A stretch of DNA of 64,000 nucleotides from Candidatus Oxydemutator sp. (GCA_965203445.1 OZ241883.1:1472001-1536000); one strand, 5' to 3'. Shown: positions 23,237-34,865, counted from the stretch's first letter. Program-made: numbers and translations. The notes: generated by a model not told the origin, from the sequence alone.

Positions 23237-23313
23237 GGAGTGGTAGTTCAGCTGGTTAGAATACCGGCCTGTCACGCCGGGGGTCGCGGGTTCGAGTCCC
23301 GTCCACTCCGCCA
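23237..23313 (+). tRNA. tRNA-Asp(GTC)
   Basis: GGAGTGGTAGTTCAGCTGGTTAGAATACCGGCCTGTCACGCCGG...CCA. Confidence 0.96.
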
Positions 23314-23361
23314 CTTGTCTCACGGCTGCCTGGCGCCTGTGGCGCATAGACGCTTATAATG

Positions 23362-23396
23362 ACGGGGGCCGGCCGACTGGCCGGCCCCCGTTTTTT
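23362..23396 (+). terminator. Rho-independent terminator after the tRNAs
   Basis: acgggggccggcc-gact-ggccggcccccgt followed by a T run. Confidence 0.8.
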
Positions 23397-23407
23397 ACGC
23401 AAGGAAC

Positions 23408-25297
23408 ATGCTTCTAAGTATACGAGAAAAAGCCACCGGTTGGGTCGCCTACGCGATCGTTTTCTTCATCTCCATCCCTTTCGCGCTGTGGGGGATACAG
23501 CAGTATTTCGGTTGGAGCGACGCGCCGATCGTGCTCGAGGTCGGCGACGCCGAGGTCAGCACCGTGCAGCTCGGGCGCGCCTTCGCCCAGCGCAAGCGCG
23601 ACGTCGAGGCCGCGACGCAGGGTGGCGAGATGCCGCCGGACCAGGCTATCTTGTCGCAGGTCGTCGGCGAATACCTGGGCCGGGAATTGTTGACCCAGGC
23701 GATTGTGCACCACGGCTACGAGGTCGCCGACGCGGTGCTGGCGCGGACGATCACGGAGCTGCCGCAGTTCCAGACCGACGGCGTATTCGACGCCCGCAAA
23801 TATACGTCGTTCTTGCAGGCGCAGCGGATTCCGAAGACCGCCTTCGAGGACAACTACCGCGAGCAGCTCAAGCGCGACCAGTTCCTGGACGCGGTGCGTG
23901 TCTCGAGCTTCATCCTCGAGGGCGAGCGGCGGCGCTACGCGGCGCTCTTCAACCAGCAGCGCAAAGTTCGTTACGTGGTCGTCGCCGCCGACAATTTTAT
24001 CGAGCCGGGCAGCGTCGACGACGAGCAGGCGAGGCGGCACTACGACGACAACCGCGATCACTACCGCTCGATGCTGCGGGCGCGCTTTCGCTACGTCGAG
24101 ATCAAGGCCGATGAACTGGTGGACGCCCAGGTCCTCGGCGAGGACGAGATCGCGCAATACTACGAAGCCAACGCCGAGGAATTCTCGTCGCCCGAGCGGC
24201 GGCGCCTGCGCTATATCCTGGTTTCGGACGAGGAACGCGACGCGCCCGAGGTCGCGGCGCGCGTCGAGGAGATCAACGCGCGCCTGGCCGCGGGCGACGA
24301 CTTCGCCGACGTCGCGCGGCGCTATTCCGACGATCCCCTGACCGCCGAGGACGGCGGCGAACTGCCGTGGCTCGGCGTCGAAGACGTCGGCGTCGACGCC
24401 GTGCGCGAGGTGGTCTTCGCGCTGGGCGAGGGCCAGGTGAGCGAGCCGCTTGCCGGCGACGCCGGCGTGCAGATCTTCCAGCTGGCGGAGATCGAACCGT
24501 TCCGGCGGCAGCCGTTGGCCGAGGTGCGCGACGAGCTGGTGCAGTCGCTGAAAACGCAGCGCGCCGAGGAGACGTACTCCGGTCTGGTCAACGAGCTCTC
24601 CAACCTCGCCTATGAGCAAGGCGAGTTGTTCTTCAGGGTACTGACCAGGGAATACGGAAACCTGGTGCGGATCCGCGTGAGCGACTGGCTCGAAGCCGAC
24701 GAAGAGGAGGGACTTTTCGCGTATCCCAGGGCCAAGCAGATCGCGTTGACGCGGCTGGTGGCGGGCGAGGAATACAACAGCGGTCTGGTCGAGGTGGAGC
24801 GCGGCCACGCGCTGTTCTTCGCGCTCGAGGAAAAGATCGATCCGCTGCCGCAGGAATTCGACGCCGTGAGGGAAGACATTATCGCCGGCCTGCTCGCGCG
24901 TCGCGCCGAGCAGGCGGCGCGCGCACGGCGGGATGAATGGCTGGCCACGCTGCGCGCCGGCACCGCGACGCTGGACTCGCTGACCGCGGACGGTGCGTTC
25001 ACGCCGGTGGATGCCGGCTACATACACCGTTTCGACACCGAGCATCCCGCGGCGGTCGTCGAGGTCGCCTTCTTGATGCGGCAATCGCAGGATGCCGCGG
25101 CGTACGACTCGGCGCTGGTCGAGGGCGACGTCGCGATCGTCGAGTTGTCGGGCGTTCGCGTCGGCGATGATCTCGAACCGGAAGCGCTGTCGTACTCCGA
25201 CCGTGAAACGCAGGCCGTGGTCGAAAGCCTGCGCGGCGAGTTCAAGGTCAAGCTCCACCAGGAGCGGTTGCAGGAGTTGCTCGAGGAGTCTTTCTGA
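23408..25297 (+). CDS. ppiD: Periplasmic chaperone PpiD
   Basis: N-terminal TM, SurA-like N domain, parvulin F.DVARRYSDD...GGEL; conserved position after hupB. Confidence 0.88.
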   Translation: MLLSIREKATGWVAYAIVFFISIPFALWGIQQYFGWSDAPIVLEVGDAEVSTVQLGRAFAQRKRDVEAATQGGEMPPDQAILSQVVGEYLGRELLTQAIVHHGYEVADAVLARTITELPQFQTDGVFDARKYTSFLQAQRIPKTAFEDNYREQLKRDQFLDAVRVSSFILEGERRRYAALFNQQRKVRYVVVAADNFIEPGSVDDEQARRHYDDNRDHYRSMLRARFRYVEIKADELVDAQVLGEDEIAQYYEANAEEFSSPERRRLRYILVSDEERDAPEVAARVEEINARLAAGDDFADVARRYSDDPLTAEDGGELPWLGVEDVGVDAVREVVFALGEGQVSEPLAGDAGVQIFQLAEIEPFRRQPLAEVRDELVQSLKTQRAEETYSGLVNELSNLAYEQGELFFRVLTREYGNLVRIRVSDWLEADEEEGLFAYPRAKQIALTRLVAGEEYNSGLVEVERGHALFFALEEKIDPLPQEFDAVREDIIAGLLARRAEQAARARRDEWLATLRAGTATLDSLTADGAFTPVDAGYIHRFDTEHPAAVVEVAFLMRQSQDAAAYDSALVEGDVAIVELSGVRVGDDLEPEALSYSDRETQAVVESLRGEFKVKLHQERLQELLEESF

Positions 25298-25373
25298 GGT
25301 TGCGCGCGCGCCGCGCACGCCGGACGAGAGGCCGCGGCGGCGACGCCGGCGTTTTCTTGAGGAGAATCAGACC

Positions 25374-26663
25374 ATGAAAAAAATTGCGCTGCACTGGCAG
25401 ATCGTCATCGCGCTGGGACTGGCCGTGGTCGTCGGCCTGCCGACGACGCCGCAGACCGAGGTGTTCGGCGTGCGCCTCTACGACGTGCTCGGTTTCTTCG
25501 GGCAGATGTTCATGAACGCGCTGAAGATGATCGTCATCCCGCTGGTGTTCGCCTCGATAGTCACCGGCGTCGCGTCGGTCGCCGGCGAGCGCGGGTTTGC
25601 GCGCCTGGGCACCAAGACCTTCAGCTACTACCTCGCCACCAGCCTGTTCTCGATCATCACCGGCCTCGCGCTGGTCAACGCGATCCAGCCGGGCGCCTTC
25701 TTCACCGGTTCGCCCGACGCGCTCGGCTTGTCCGCCGATACGTCCGAGGTCATGGACAAGGTCGGCGGGCGCGGTTTTGGCGACCTGGTCGGCGTGTTCG
25801 TGCGCATGATACCGGTCAACGTGTTCCAGGCCGCCGCCGAGGGCCAGTTTCTCGCGATCATATTCTTCGCCGTCGTGTTCGGCTACTTCATGGCCAGGGT
25901 GCGCGAGGAATTCGCGTCGCCGCTGGGCGATTTCTGGGAAGCCGTCTATCGGGTGATGATGAAGATCACGCTGTGGGTCATCCGCTTCGCGCCGCTCGGC
26001 GTGTTCGCGCTGGTCGGCAAGGTGGTGATGTCTTCGGGGCTCGAGGTGTTCAAGCTGCTGTTCTGGTTCTTCATCACCGTGTTGGCGGCGCTCGCGGTGC
26101 ATTTCTTCGTCGTGCTGCCGCTGATTTTGCGTTTCGTCGCGCGCCTGAGTCCGCTCGCCTATCTGCGGGCGATGCTGCCGGCGGTGTTGATGGCGTTCTC
26201 GACCGCGTCGTCGTCCTCGACGCTGCCGCTTACGATGAACTGCGCGCGCAACCGCGTCGGCGCGTCGAACCGCGTCAGCGGCTTCGTGCTGCCGCTGGGC
26301 GCCACCGTCAACATGGACGGCACCGCGCTCTACGAATGCGTCGCGGTGCTTTTTATCGCCCAGGTCTATGGCGTGGAGATGTCGCTTGCGACCCAGATCG
26401 TGGTCGTGCTGCTGGCGCTTTTGACCTCGGTCGGCGTCGCCGGCGTGCCCGCGGCCAGCCTCGTCGCGATCACGCTGATCCTGACCGCGGTCGGCCTGCC
26501 GGCCGAGGCGATCGGTCTGATCCTCGCGGTCGACCGCGTGCTCGACATGTGCCGCACCAGCGTCAACGTGTACAGCGACGCCTGCGCCACCGGCGTCGTC
26601 GCGCGCAGCGAAAACGAGGAGTTGCTGAAGCCGGAATTGCTGAAGCCCCAGAGCGCTGCGTGA
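25374..26663 (+). CDS. Dicarboxylate/amino acid:cation symporter (GltP family)
   Basis: [21 protein letters not shown] and DMCRTSVNV motifs. Confidence 0.93.
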   Translation: MKKIALHWQIVIALGLAVVVGLPTTPQTEVFGVRLYDVLGFFGQMFMNALKMIVIPLVFASIVTGVASVAGERGFARLGTKTFSYYLATSLFSIITGLALVNAIQPGAFFTGSPDALGLSADTSEVMDKVGGRGFGDLVGVFVRMIPVNVFQAAAEGQFLAIIFFAVVFGYFMARVREEFASPLGDFWEAVYRVMMKITLWVIRFAPLGVFALVGKVVMSSGLEVFKLLFWFFITVLAALAVHFFVVLPLILRFVARLSPLAYLRAMLPAVLMAFSTASSSSTLPLTMNCARNRVGASNRVSGFVLPLGATVNMDGTALYECVAVLFIAQVYGVEMSLATQIVVVLLALLTSVGVAGVPAASLVAITLILTAVGLPAEAIGLILAVDRVLDMCRTSVNVYSDACATGVVARSENEELLKPELLKPQSAA

Positions 26664-26724
26664 CTGCTTCGTGACCGCTTCGGTCTGACCCGCGCCGCCC
26701 GGCCCAGGCGACTCGCGTCGTCGG

Positions 26725-27504
26725 CTATGGCCTGCTCATGCCGAGCAGGTTGTAGCCCGCGTCGACGTGCAGCACCTCGCCGGTGACGCCGCTCGCGTAA
26801 TCCGAGCACAGGAAAGCCGCGGCGTTGCCGACCTCTTCTATCGAGACGTTTCTGCGCAGCGGCGCGTTGCGCTCGACGTGCTCCAACATCCTGCGGAAGT
26901 CGCCGATACCGGCGGCGGCCAGGGTCTTGATCGGCCCCGCCGAGATCGCGTTGACGCGCGTGCCTTCGCGCCCGAGGCAGTCCGCGAGATAACGCACGTT
27001 GGCCTCCAGGCTGGCCTTGGCCAGCCCCATCACGTTGTAGTTGGGCACGACCTTCTCGGCGCCGAAATACGTCAGCGTCAGCAGTGCGCCGCCGTCTTGC
27101 ATCAGCGGCCGCGCGCCGGCGGCGAGCGCCGTGAAGCTATAGCAGCTGGTCTCGTGGGCGGTCGTGAAACCGGCGCGGCTGGCGTTGCCCAGGTAGTCGC
27201 CGCCGAGCTCCTCGCGCGGCGCGTAGGCGATGGAATGTACGACGACGTCGAGCTTCTGCCAGCGCGCGCCGAGCGCCTCGAACAGCGCCGCGATCTGGGC
27301 GTCGTCCTGCACGTCGCAGGGGAGCGTGATGGTCGCGTCGCATTGCGCGGCCAGTTCCTCCACGCGCCCGCGCAGGCGCTCGTTCTGACAGGCAAAGGCG
27401 AGTTCGGCGCCTTCGCGTCGCATTGCCCGCGCGATGCCCCACGCGATGGAGCGGTTGCCGGCGACACCGGTGATCAGCGCGCGTTTTCCTTCCAACAGTT
27501 TCAT
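26725..27504 (-). CDS. fabI: Enoyl-ACP reductase
   Basis: [19 protein letters not shown] and [10 protein letters not shown] motifs. Confidence 0.96.
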   Translation of the reverse strand: MKLLEGKRALITGVAGNRSIAWGIARAMRREGAELAFACQNERLRGRVEELAAQCDATITLPCDVQDDAQIAALFEALGARWQKLDVVVHSIAYAPREELGGDYLGNASRAGFTTAHETSCYSFTALAAGARPLMQDGGALLTLTYFGAEKVVPNYNVMGLAKASLEANVRYLADCLGREGTRVNAISAGPIKTLAAAGIGDFRRMLEHVERNAPLRRNVSIEEVGNAAAFLCSDYASGVTGEVLHVDAGYNLLGMSRP

Positions 27505-27872
27505 GCGGGGGTCTCCCTGGGGTTTCGTGGTTTTGTGGATTTTCCCTCGGCGGCGGGTTCACGGGCCGGGATGGATGGTTGCGCGCCGCCGGAACCACGG
27601 GCCGGCGACGGTTCTCGCGGCGGCGTATTCCCATCATAGCAGACCGCGCAAGCAGCGCAACTATGCGCCCGCAACTATCGGCCCGCGACCATCCGCATAC
27701 GCGGGCGGCGACACAAAGCGGCCGCGCGTTCGGCATGATCCGCCGTTTGTACGCGTTGGTTTTCCCCTGCCGGAATGCTTCCCGCCCACGCGGAAACGAC
27801 ATAGGGAAAAGGCGCGGACGGCGGCGCTACGTGCTGCGGTCGTTCGCCGCCTTTCCTCTATAATGGCGCGCC

Positions 27873-30020
27873 ATGCCCGTCTTTTACCGCATATGCGCCG
27901 CGACCGCGGCGATTCTGTCGCAGGCGTGCGGTGACGGCGCGTGGAACAACCCCTACGCCGACGCCGCCGACGCCAACGTCCTGTATTCGAGCTTTTCCGA
28001 ACGCCCCAAGCACTTCGATCCGGCGCGCTCCTACAGCAGCAACGAGTATGAGGTGCTGGGACAGGTCTATGAACCGGCGCTGCACTACCACTACTTGAAG
28101 CGCCCGTACGAACTGATGCCGTTGACGGCCGCGGCGATGCCGGAAACGACGTACCTGAACGCCGCCGGGCGCACCGTGCGCGACGCCGCCGACGCCGCGT
28201 TCATCGCCTACGAGATCACGCTGCGCCCCGGCGTCCGCTACCAGCCGCACCCGGCGTTCGCCAGAAACGACGACGGCGGCTACCGCTACCGCCCGCTGGC
28301 CGCGGCCGAACTCGACGACTACCACGAGTTGCGCGACTTTGCCGAGACCGACAGCCGAGAGCTGCGCGCCGCGGACTACGCCTACCAGATCAAGCGCCTC
28401 GCCGACCCGGCGCTGCATTCGCCGATTGCGAGCATCCTCGAGGACTACGTCGTCGGTTTCAAGGAGCTGCGCGAGCACCTGGCCGCGGCGCGCCGCGAAT
28501 TGGCGCCGGGCGCGTGGCTTGATCTGCGCGCCTTCGAGATGCGCGGTCTGCGCGTGCTCGACGCGTACCGCTACCGCGTCGTCGTGCGCAGCGACTATCC
28601 GCAATTCATCTATTGGCTGGCGATGCCGTTCTTCGCGCCGATGCCGTGGGAGGCCGACGCCTTTCACGCGCAGCCGGGTTTCGAGGAGCGCAACCTGACG
28701 CTCGACTGGTACCCGGTGGGCAGCGGCGCCTATATGCTGACCGAGAACAATCCGAACGTGCGCATGGTGCTGGAACGCAACCCCAACTTCCGCGGCGCGC
28801 GCTATCCGCACGCGGGCGAGGACGGCGACGCCGCGCGCGGTCTGCTCGCCGACGCCGGCGCGTCGCTGCCGTTCATAGAGCGCGTGGTCTACAGCCTCGA
28901 GAAGGAAAACATCCCGTATTGGAACAAGTTTCTGCAGGGCTACTACGACGCTTCCGGCATCTCCTCGGACAGCTTCGATCAGGCCGTGCAGCTGGGTTCG
29001 GGCGGCGAGTTCGCGCTGACCGACGACATGCGCGAGCGTGGCATCCGCTTGTCGGTGACGTACGCGCCGACCGTGTATTACATCGGCTTCAACATGCTCG
29101 ATCCGGTCGTCGGCGCCGCCGGCGGCGAGCGCGCGCGCAAGCTGCGCCACGCGATCTCGATCGCGATTGATCAGGAGGAGTTCATCTCGATCTTTCTGAA
29201 CGGGCGCGGCGTCGCCGCCCAGGGGCCGCTGCCGCCCGGCATTTTCGGCCACCGCCAAGGCGCCGCCGGCGCCAATCCCGTCGTCTATGACTGGCGCGAC
29301 GGGCGCGCCGTGCGCAAGCCGCCCCAGGCGGCGCGGCGCCTGCTGGCCGAGGCCGGCTACGCGGGCGGCATAGACCGCGACACCGGCAGGCCGCTGGTGC
29401 TGTATTTCGACTCGGTCGGCACCGGCCCCGACGCCAAGGCGTGGCTCAACTGGATGCGCAAGCAGTTTGCGAAGCTGGACGTCCAACTGGTCGTGCGCAG
29501 CACCGACTACAACCGCTTTCAGGACAAGCTGCAAAAGGGCACCGCGCAGATCTTTCGCCTGGGCTGGAACGCCGACTACCCCGACCCGGAGAACTTCTTT
29601 TTTCTGTTCTACGGGCCGAACGCCAAAGTCGCGCACCAGGGCGCCAATTCCTCGAACTACCGGAACCCCGAGTACGACCGCCTGTTCGAGCGCATGCGCA
29701 GCCTGCCGAATTCGCCCGGGCGCCTCGCGGTCATAGACGAGATGCACGAATTGTTGCGCCGCGACGCGCCGTGGATCTGGGGCTTTCACCCCAAGTCCTT
29801 CGTGCTGCACCACGAGTGGCTCGCCAACGCCAAGCCCAATCAGATGGCGCACAACGGCTTGCGCTATCTCAAGCTGGACCCGGCGTTGCGCGCGCGCCGC
29901 CGCGACCAATGGAACCGCCCGCGCATGGGCCCGGTCGTCGGTCTCGCCGGCGCGCTGCTCGCGTTCCTGGCGCCGGCGGTCGTGATCTACCGGCGCCGCC
30001 GGCGCGAGGCCGCGCTGTGA
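27873..30020 (+). CDS. Peptide ABC transporter substrate-binding lipoprotein (family 5)
   Basis: Lipobox-like SQAC, FDPARSY, GWNADYPDPENF; C-terminal TM. Confidence 0.9.
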   Translation: MPVFYRICAATAAILSQACGDGAWNNPYADAADANVLYSSFSERPKHFDPARSYSSNEYEVLGQVYEPALHYHYLKRPYELMPLTAAAMPETTYLNAAGRTVRDAADAAFIAYEITLRPGVRYQPHPAFARNDDGGYRYRPLAAAELDDYHELRDFAETDSRELRAADYAYQIKRLADPALHSPIASILEDYVVGFKELREHLAAARRELAPGAWLDLRAFEMRGLRVLDAYRYRVVVRSDYPQFIYWLAMPFFAPMPWEADAFHAQPGFEERNLTLDWYPVGSGAYMLTENNPNVRMVLERNPNFRGARYPHAGEDGDAARGLLADAGASLPFIERVVYSLEKENIPYWNKFLQGYYDASGISSDSFDQAVQLGSGGEFALTDDMRERGIRLSVTYAPTVYYIGFNMLDPVVGAAGGERARKLRHAISIAIDQEEFISIFLNGRGVAAQGPLPPGIFGHRQGAAGANPVVYDWRDGRAVRKPPQAARRLLAEAGYAGGIDRDTGRPLVLYFDSVGTGPDAKAWLNWMRKQFAKLDVQLVVRSTDYNRFQDKLQKGTAQIFRLGWNADYPDPENFFFLFYGPNAKVAHQGANSSNYRNPEYDRLFERMRSLPNSPGRLAVIDEMHELLRRDAPWIWGFHPKSFVLHHEWLANAKPNQMAHNGLRYLKLDPALRARRRDQWNRPRMGPVVGLAGALLAFLAPAVVIYRRRRREAAL

Positions 30021-30994
30021 TCGCCTACGTCGTGCGGCGCGCGCTCTACGCGCTGCCGATACTGATCGGCGTCAACGTACTGACGTTCTCGCTGTTCTTC
30101 ATCGTCAACTCGCCCGACGACGTCGCGCGCATGCACCTGGGCCACCGCCACGTGACCCAGGAGCAGGTGGATACGTGGAAGCGCGAGCGCGGCTACGACC
30201 GCCCGTTGTTCTACAACGCCGCCGCCGCCGGCGCCGCGAAACTGTCCGACACGATCTTCTTCGACGAATCGTTGCGCCTGTTCGTGTTCGACTTCGGGCG
30301 TTCCGACAGCGGGCGCGACATCGGCTACGACGTCCGCCAGCGCATGTGGCCGAGCCTCGCGATCGCGGTGCCGACGCTGCTGATCGGTCTGCTGGTCAAT
30401 ATCACCTTCGCGCTGACGATGGTGTTTTTCCGCGCCACCTACGTCGAGTTCTGGTCGGTGATACTGTGCATCGTCGTGATGTCCATATCCGGTCTGTTCT
30501 ACATCATCGGCGGCCAGTACGTGGTCGGCAAACTGCTGAAATTGGTGCCGATCTCGGGCTACGACACCGGTCTTGCGGCGATCCAGTTCGTCGTGTTGCC
30601 GGTGTTCATCGGCGTCGTCTCCGGCATCGGCGCCGGCAGCCGCTGGTACCGGACGATCTTTCTCGAGGAGGCGGGCAAGGACTACGTGCGCACCGCGCGC
30701 GCCAAGGGCCTGGGCGAGTTTACGATACTGTTCCGCCACGTGCTGCCGAACGCGCTGATACCGATCCTGACCGGCGTCGTCGTGATCCTGCCGCTGTTGT
30801 TCATGGGCAGCCTGATCATCGAGTCGTTCTTCGGCATCCCCGGTCTCGGCAGCTACACGATAGACGCGATCGCGCGCGAGGACTTCGCAATCGTGCGCTC
30901 GATGGTGTTCCTCGGATCGGTGCTCTACATCGTCGGCCTGCTGCTGACCGATATTTCGTACACCATCGTCGACCCGCGCGTGAGGCTGGGCTGA
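30017..30994 (+). CDS. Peptide ABC transporter permease (DppB/OppB-like)
   Basis: DYVRTARAKGL, IESFFGIPGLG and DPRV motifs. Confidence 0.92.
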   Translation: MIAYVVRRALYALPILIGVNVLTFSLFFIVNSPDDVARMHLGHRHVTQEQVDTWKRERGYDRPLFYNAAAAGAAKLSDTIFFDESLRLFVFDFGRSDSGRDIGYDVRQRMWPSLAIAVPTLLIGLLVNITFALTMVFFRATYVEFWSVILCIVVMSISGLFYIIGGQYVVGKLLKLVPISGYDTGLAAIQFVVLPVFIGVVSGIGAGSRWYRTIFLEEAGKDYVRTARAKGLGEFTILFRHVLPNALIPILTGVVVILPLLFMGSLIIESFFGIPGLGSYTIDAIAREDFAIVRSMVFLGSVLYIVGLLLTDISYTIVDPRVRLG

Positions 30995-32400
30995 TGCCGG
31001 TCGTGCTGCTGACCGACGCCTTCTTCTTCGCGCTGACCGCGCTGGTCGCGGTCTATGCCTTCGTCGTGACCAGAAAGCCGCACCTGCAAGGCGCGTGGCG
31101 CAAACTGGCGCGCGACCGCACGGCCATGGTGGCGCTCGTCGTGATCGCGTTTTACTTCGTCGTCGCGCTGCTCGACTCGATCCACTTCCGCCCGCGCCTC
31201 GAGACGGGCGCCGACGGCGCCGGCGTCTATGCCAACGAGGTGGTCAGCCTCCTGGATCGCCTAGTGCTGCCGTTGGGCGAGCGCTTCGAGAAGACCTATT
31301 CCGAGCCGTTTGCGACGCACGCCTACGTCAAGGAGACGTTCGAGGAGGACGGCGTCGTGCGCCGCGACTACCCGCGCCTTGCGTACGGCGGCGCCCATCT
31401 CGACGATGCCGCGCACGCGGCCTCGGACATCGCGTGGCGCGCCGTGTCGTGGGCCGCGGCCGGGGCCTCGGTATGCGCCGCGCTGTTCACGCTGGCGTGC
31501 GCCTGGGGCGCGCGCCGGCGCCGCCGGCGCGCCCTCGATCTGATGCGCGCGGTCGCGCGTGGCGCCACCGAATTGCCGCTGCGCGCGGTCGCAATCACGT
31601 TCGCGCTGCTCGTCATCGCGGTGTTCGTCGCCGCCGGCCTGAGCGCCGACTATCACGTGTTCGGCACCGACAAGATCGGCCAGGACGTGCTCTATCAGGC
31701 GTTGAAGAGCGTGCGCACCGGTTTTCTGATCGGCACGCTGACGACGCTGATCATGCTGCCGTTCGCGCTGCTGCTGGGCGTCTGCGCCGGTTACTTTCTG
31801 GGTTGGGTGGACGACGTCATCCAGTATCTGTACACGACGCTGAACTCGATTCCGGGGGTGTTGCTGATAGCGGCGATGGTGCTGATGCTGCAACTGTACA
31901 TGGATCAGCACGGCGAGCGCTTCGACGATCTGGTCACGCGCGCCGACGCGCGCCTGTTGTTCCTGTGCGCGATATTGGGCATCACCAGCTGGACCGGCTT
32001 GTGCCGGCTGCTGCGCGCCGAGACGCTGAAGGTCAAGGAGATGGACTACGTGGCCGCGGCCAAGGTCCTGGGCACGCCGCGCGCGTTGATCCTGCTGCGC
32101 CACGTGCTGCCGAACGTGATGCACATCGTCGTCATCACGGTGGCCCTCGATTTCAGCGGTCTGGTGCTGGCCGAGGCGGTGTTGTCCTACATCAACATCG
32201 GCGTGGATCCGACGATGCACAGCTGGGGCAACATGATCAACGGCGCGCGCCTCGAGATGGCGCGCGAACCGGTGGTGTGGTGGCCGCTCGCGGCCGCGAT
32301 GCTGTTCTTGTTCGGCCTCGTGTTGTGCGCCAACCTGCTGGCCGACGGCGTGCGCAACGCGTTCGACCCGCGCACCGAGACCGCGGGCGCAAACGATTGA
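30994..32400 (+). CDS. Peptide ABC transporter permease (DppC/OppC-like)
   Basis: FGTDKIGQD, YVAAAKVLG...RHVLPN, SWGNMI motifs. Confidence 0.92.
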   Translation: MPVVLLTDAFFFALTALVAVYAFVVTRKPHLQGAWRKLARDRTAMVALVVIAFYFVVALLDSIHFRPRLETGADGAGVYANEVVSLLDRLVLPLGERFEKTYSEPFATHAYVKETFEEDGVVRRDYPRLAYGGAHLDDAAHAASDIAWRAVSWAAAGASVCAALFTLACAWGARRRRRRALDLMRAVARGATELPLRAVAITFALLVIAVFVAAGLSADYHVFGTDKIGQDVLYQALKSVRTGFLIGTLTTLIMLPFALLLGVCAGYFLGWVDDVIQYLYTTLNSIPGVLLIAAMVLMLQLYMDQHGERFDDLVTRADARLLFLCAILGITSWTGLCRLLRAETLKVKEMDYVAAAKVLGTPRALILLRHVLPNVMHIVVITVALDFSGLVLAEAVLSYINIGVDPTMHSWGNMINGARLEMAREPVVWWPLAAAMLFLFGLVLCANLLADGVRNAFDPRTETAGAND

Positions 32401-34073
32401 TCGTGCCGGGCGCTTCCCGAAAACGGGATGAACCGCTGCTGAGCGTGCGCGGTTTGTGCGTCGAGACGGCGCGCCCCGGTGCGCGCGCGACGTTGCTCGA
32501 TAACGTCTCCTTCGACGTTGTCCGCGGCGAAAGTTTCGCGTTGCTCGGCGAGTCCGGTTCCGGCAAGTCGTTGACGGCGCTGTCCATTTTGCGCCTGCTG
32601 CCGGACGGGTTGCGCGTGCGTGCCGGCGCGGTGCGGCTGCACGGCCTCGATCTGTTACGCCAGCCGGCGGCCGCGCTGCGCGGCGTGCGCGGCGGCAGCG
32701 TCGGCATGATCTTTCAAGAGCCGATGACGTCGTTGAACCCGGTGTTGAGCGCCGAGCGCCAGCTGACCGAGGCGCTCGCGCTGCACCGAGGCGAGCGCGG
32801 CGCGCGCGCGCGGCGTTCGGCGTTGCGCCTTCTGGACGAGGTCGGCATCGCCGACGCCGGGCGCGTCCTCTCCAGTTATCCGCACGAGTTGTCGGGCGGC
32901 ATGAAGCAGCGCGTGATGATCGCGACGGCGCTGGCCGGCGAACCCGAACTGTTGATCGCCGACGAGCCGACCACGGCGCTCGACGTCACGATACAGGCGC
33001 AGGTGCTCGAGTTGTTGCGGCGCTTGCAGCGCGACCGCGGCATGGCGATGTTGTTCATCTCGCACGATCTCGGCGTGGTCTCGAGCGTCGCCGGGCGCAT
33101 CGCGGTGATACGCGGCGGGCGCGTGCTCGAGCAGGCCTCCAGCCGGGGTTTCTTCCGCACCGCGCGCCACGACTACAGCCGTCGCCTGCGGGAAATGCTG
33201 CCCGGCCTCGACAAACGCGGGCGCTCGCTGTCGGACGGGACGCCGCTGCGCCCGGCGGCGTCCGCGGGCGCCGCGCTGATCGCCATAACCGATCTGGCGG
33301 TTCATTTTCCGATCAGGAAGGGCCCGTTCAAGCGCGTCGTCGCCCACGTCAAGGCGGTGGACGGCGTGTCGTTCACGTTGCGGCGCGGGCGCACCCTGGC
33401 TCTGGTCGGCGAGTCCGGCAGCGGCAAGACGACAATCGCCAGGGCGCTGCTCGGCCTGGTGCGGCCGAGCGCGGGCGACGCGCGCCTCGCCGGCGCCTGC
33501 GCCGGCGACGGCCAGGCTGAGGCCGGCGCGTGGGATTGGTTGCGGCGCAAGGCGCAGATCGTTTTTCAGGACCCGTTTTCGTCGCTGAACCCCAAAATGC
33601 AAGTCGAGCAACTGGTCGGCGAGGGCCTGCGGGCAAGACGCTTGGCGCACGGCGGCGCGTTGCGCGAGCGCGTCGCGTCGCTGCTGGTGCAGGTCGGCCT
33701 GTCGCCGGACCACATGCGCCGCCACCCGCATCAGTTTTCCGGCGGCCAGCGCCAGCGCATCTGCATCGCGCGCGCGCTGGCGGTGGAGCCGGAGCTGATC
33801 ATCTGGGACGAGCCGACCAGCGCCCTCGACGTCACGGTACAGGCGCGCATCCTCGACTTGTTTCAGAGTCTTCAGGCCGAGTTCGGGTTGAGCTACCTGT
33901 TCATCACGCACGACGTCTCGGTCGTGGCCTACATGGCGCACGAGATCGCGGTCATGCGCCGCGGACGCATTCTCGAGCACGCGCCCGCGACGTCGCTGCT
34001 CGAACGGCCGGCGCATGAATACACCAGGGAATTGTTGGCCGCGGTGCCGCCGCCGCCGGCGGGCGTGGCGTGA
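32397..34073 (+). CDS. Peptide ABC transporter ATPase (two fused NBDs)
   Basis: Two GESGSGK Walker A motifs, LSGGMKQR and FSGGQRQR; start codon uncertain. Confidence 0.92.
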   Translation: MIVPGASRKRDEPLLSVRGLCVETARPGARATLLDNVSFDVVRGESFALLGESGSGKSLTALSILRLLPDGLRVRAGAVRLHGLDLLRQPAAALRGVRGGSVGMIFQEPMTSLNPVLSAERQLTEALALHRGERGARARRSALRLLDEVGIADAGRVLSSYPHELSGGMKQRVMIATALAGEPELLIADEPTTALDVTIQAQVLELLRRLQRDRGMAMLFISHDLGVVSSVAGRIAVIRGGRVLEQASSRGFFRTARHDYSRRLREMLPGLDKRGRSLSDGTPLRPAASAGAALIAITDLAVHFPIRKGPFKRVVAHVKAVDGVSFTLRRGRTLALVGESGSGKTTIARALLGLVRPSAGDARLAGACAGDGQAEAGAWDWLRRKAQIVFQDPFSSLNPKMQVEQLVGEGLRARRLAHGGALRERVASLLVQVGLSPDHMRRHPHQFSGGQRQRICIARALAVEPELIIWDEPTSALDVTVQARILDLFQSLQAEFGLSYLFITHDVSVVAYMAHEIAVMRRGRILEHAPATSLLERPAHEYTRELLAAVPPPPAGVA

Positions 34074-34858
34074 TGAAACGCCCGTTCGGACGCCGCGCCG
34101 CGCCGTGGACGCCGCCGCAGACGTCGGCGCTGTTGTCGCAATGGTATCGCGCGCCGCGCGGCCGGCGCCTGTTGCGCGAGACCGAGGTCGCGCTGGCGCC
34201 GTGGACCGAGCGCGCCGTCGGCTACTACGCGCTCGAGGTTCGCTCGTTTGAATCGAACGCCACGTGGCTGGACGCCAGTCCGGTGCAGGTGCATTTCCCG
34301 CTCAGTCCGGTGCGCCAGAAGGACAGCCGCGTGGTCGGTGATTTCCTGCGTCTGCCGTTCGAGGCCAACAGCCTCGATTTGGTCGTCGCGCACCACGTGC
34401 TTGAGTTCTGCGCCGATCCGCACGAGTTTTTGCGCGAGGTGGATCGCGTGCTGATACCGGAGGGGCGCGTGATCGTCGTCGGCTTCAACCCGTTCGGCGT
34501 GCACGGCCTGCTCCAGTGGTTCAAGTCGCGCGCGGCGGCGCCCTGGGGCGGGCATTTTTACCCGGCGCTGCGCGTGCGCGAATGGTTTTCGGTGCTCGGC
34601 TTCGACCTCGAAAAGACACGTTATTTTGCGTTCCCGTTCGCGCCGCCGCCGGCCGCGGCCGCGTCGGCTCGCGCGCCGCGGGCGACGTCGTGGGCGCGGC
34701 TGTTGCCTTTCTGCGGCGCGTTGTTCGCGCTGCTCGCGGTCAAGCGCGTGTCGCGGGTGGTTGCGGTGGGCGCGTCGTGGGCGCCCAAAAAAGTTCTGGC
34801 CGGCAAGGGAATGCAGCCGACGGCGCGGCTGCGGCAAGGCGCGGTTCCCCGGATATAA
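34073..34858 (+). CDS. SAM-dependent methyltransferase (YafS-like)
   Basis: LPF...SLDLVV.HHVLEF..DPH..LREVDRVL.PEG...GFNP; next to rnhA. Confidence 0.85.
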   Translation: MKRPFGRRAAPWTPPQTSALLSQWYRAPRGRRLLRETEVALAPWTERAVGYYALEVRSFESNATWLDASPVQVHFPLSPVRQKDSRVVGDFLRLPFEANSLDLVVAHHVLEFCADPHEFLREVDRVLIPEGRVIVVGFNPFGVHGLLQWFKSRAAAPWGGHFYPALRVREWFSVLGFDLEKTRYFAFPFAPPPAAAASARAPRATSWARLLPFCGALFALLAVKRVSRVVAVGASWAPKKVLAGKGMQPTARLRQGAVPRI

Positions 34859-34865
34859 TCTCCTC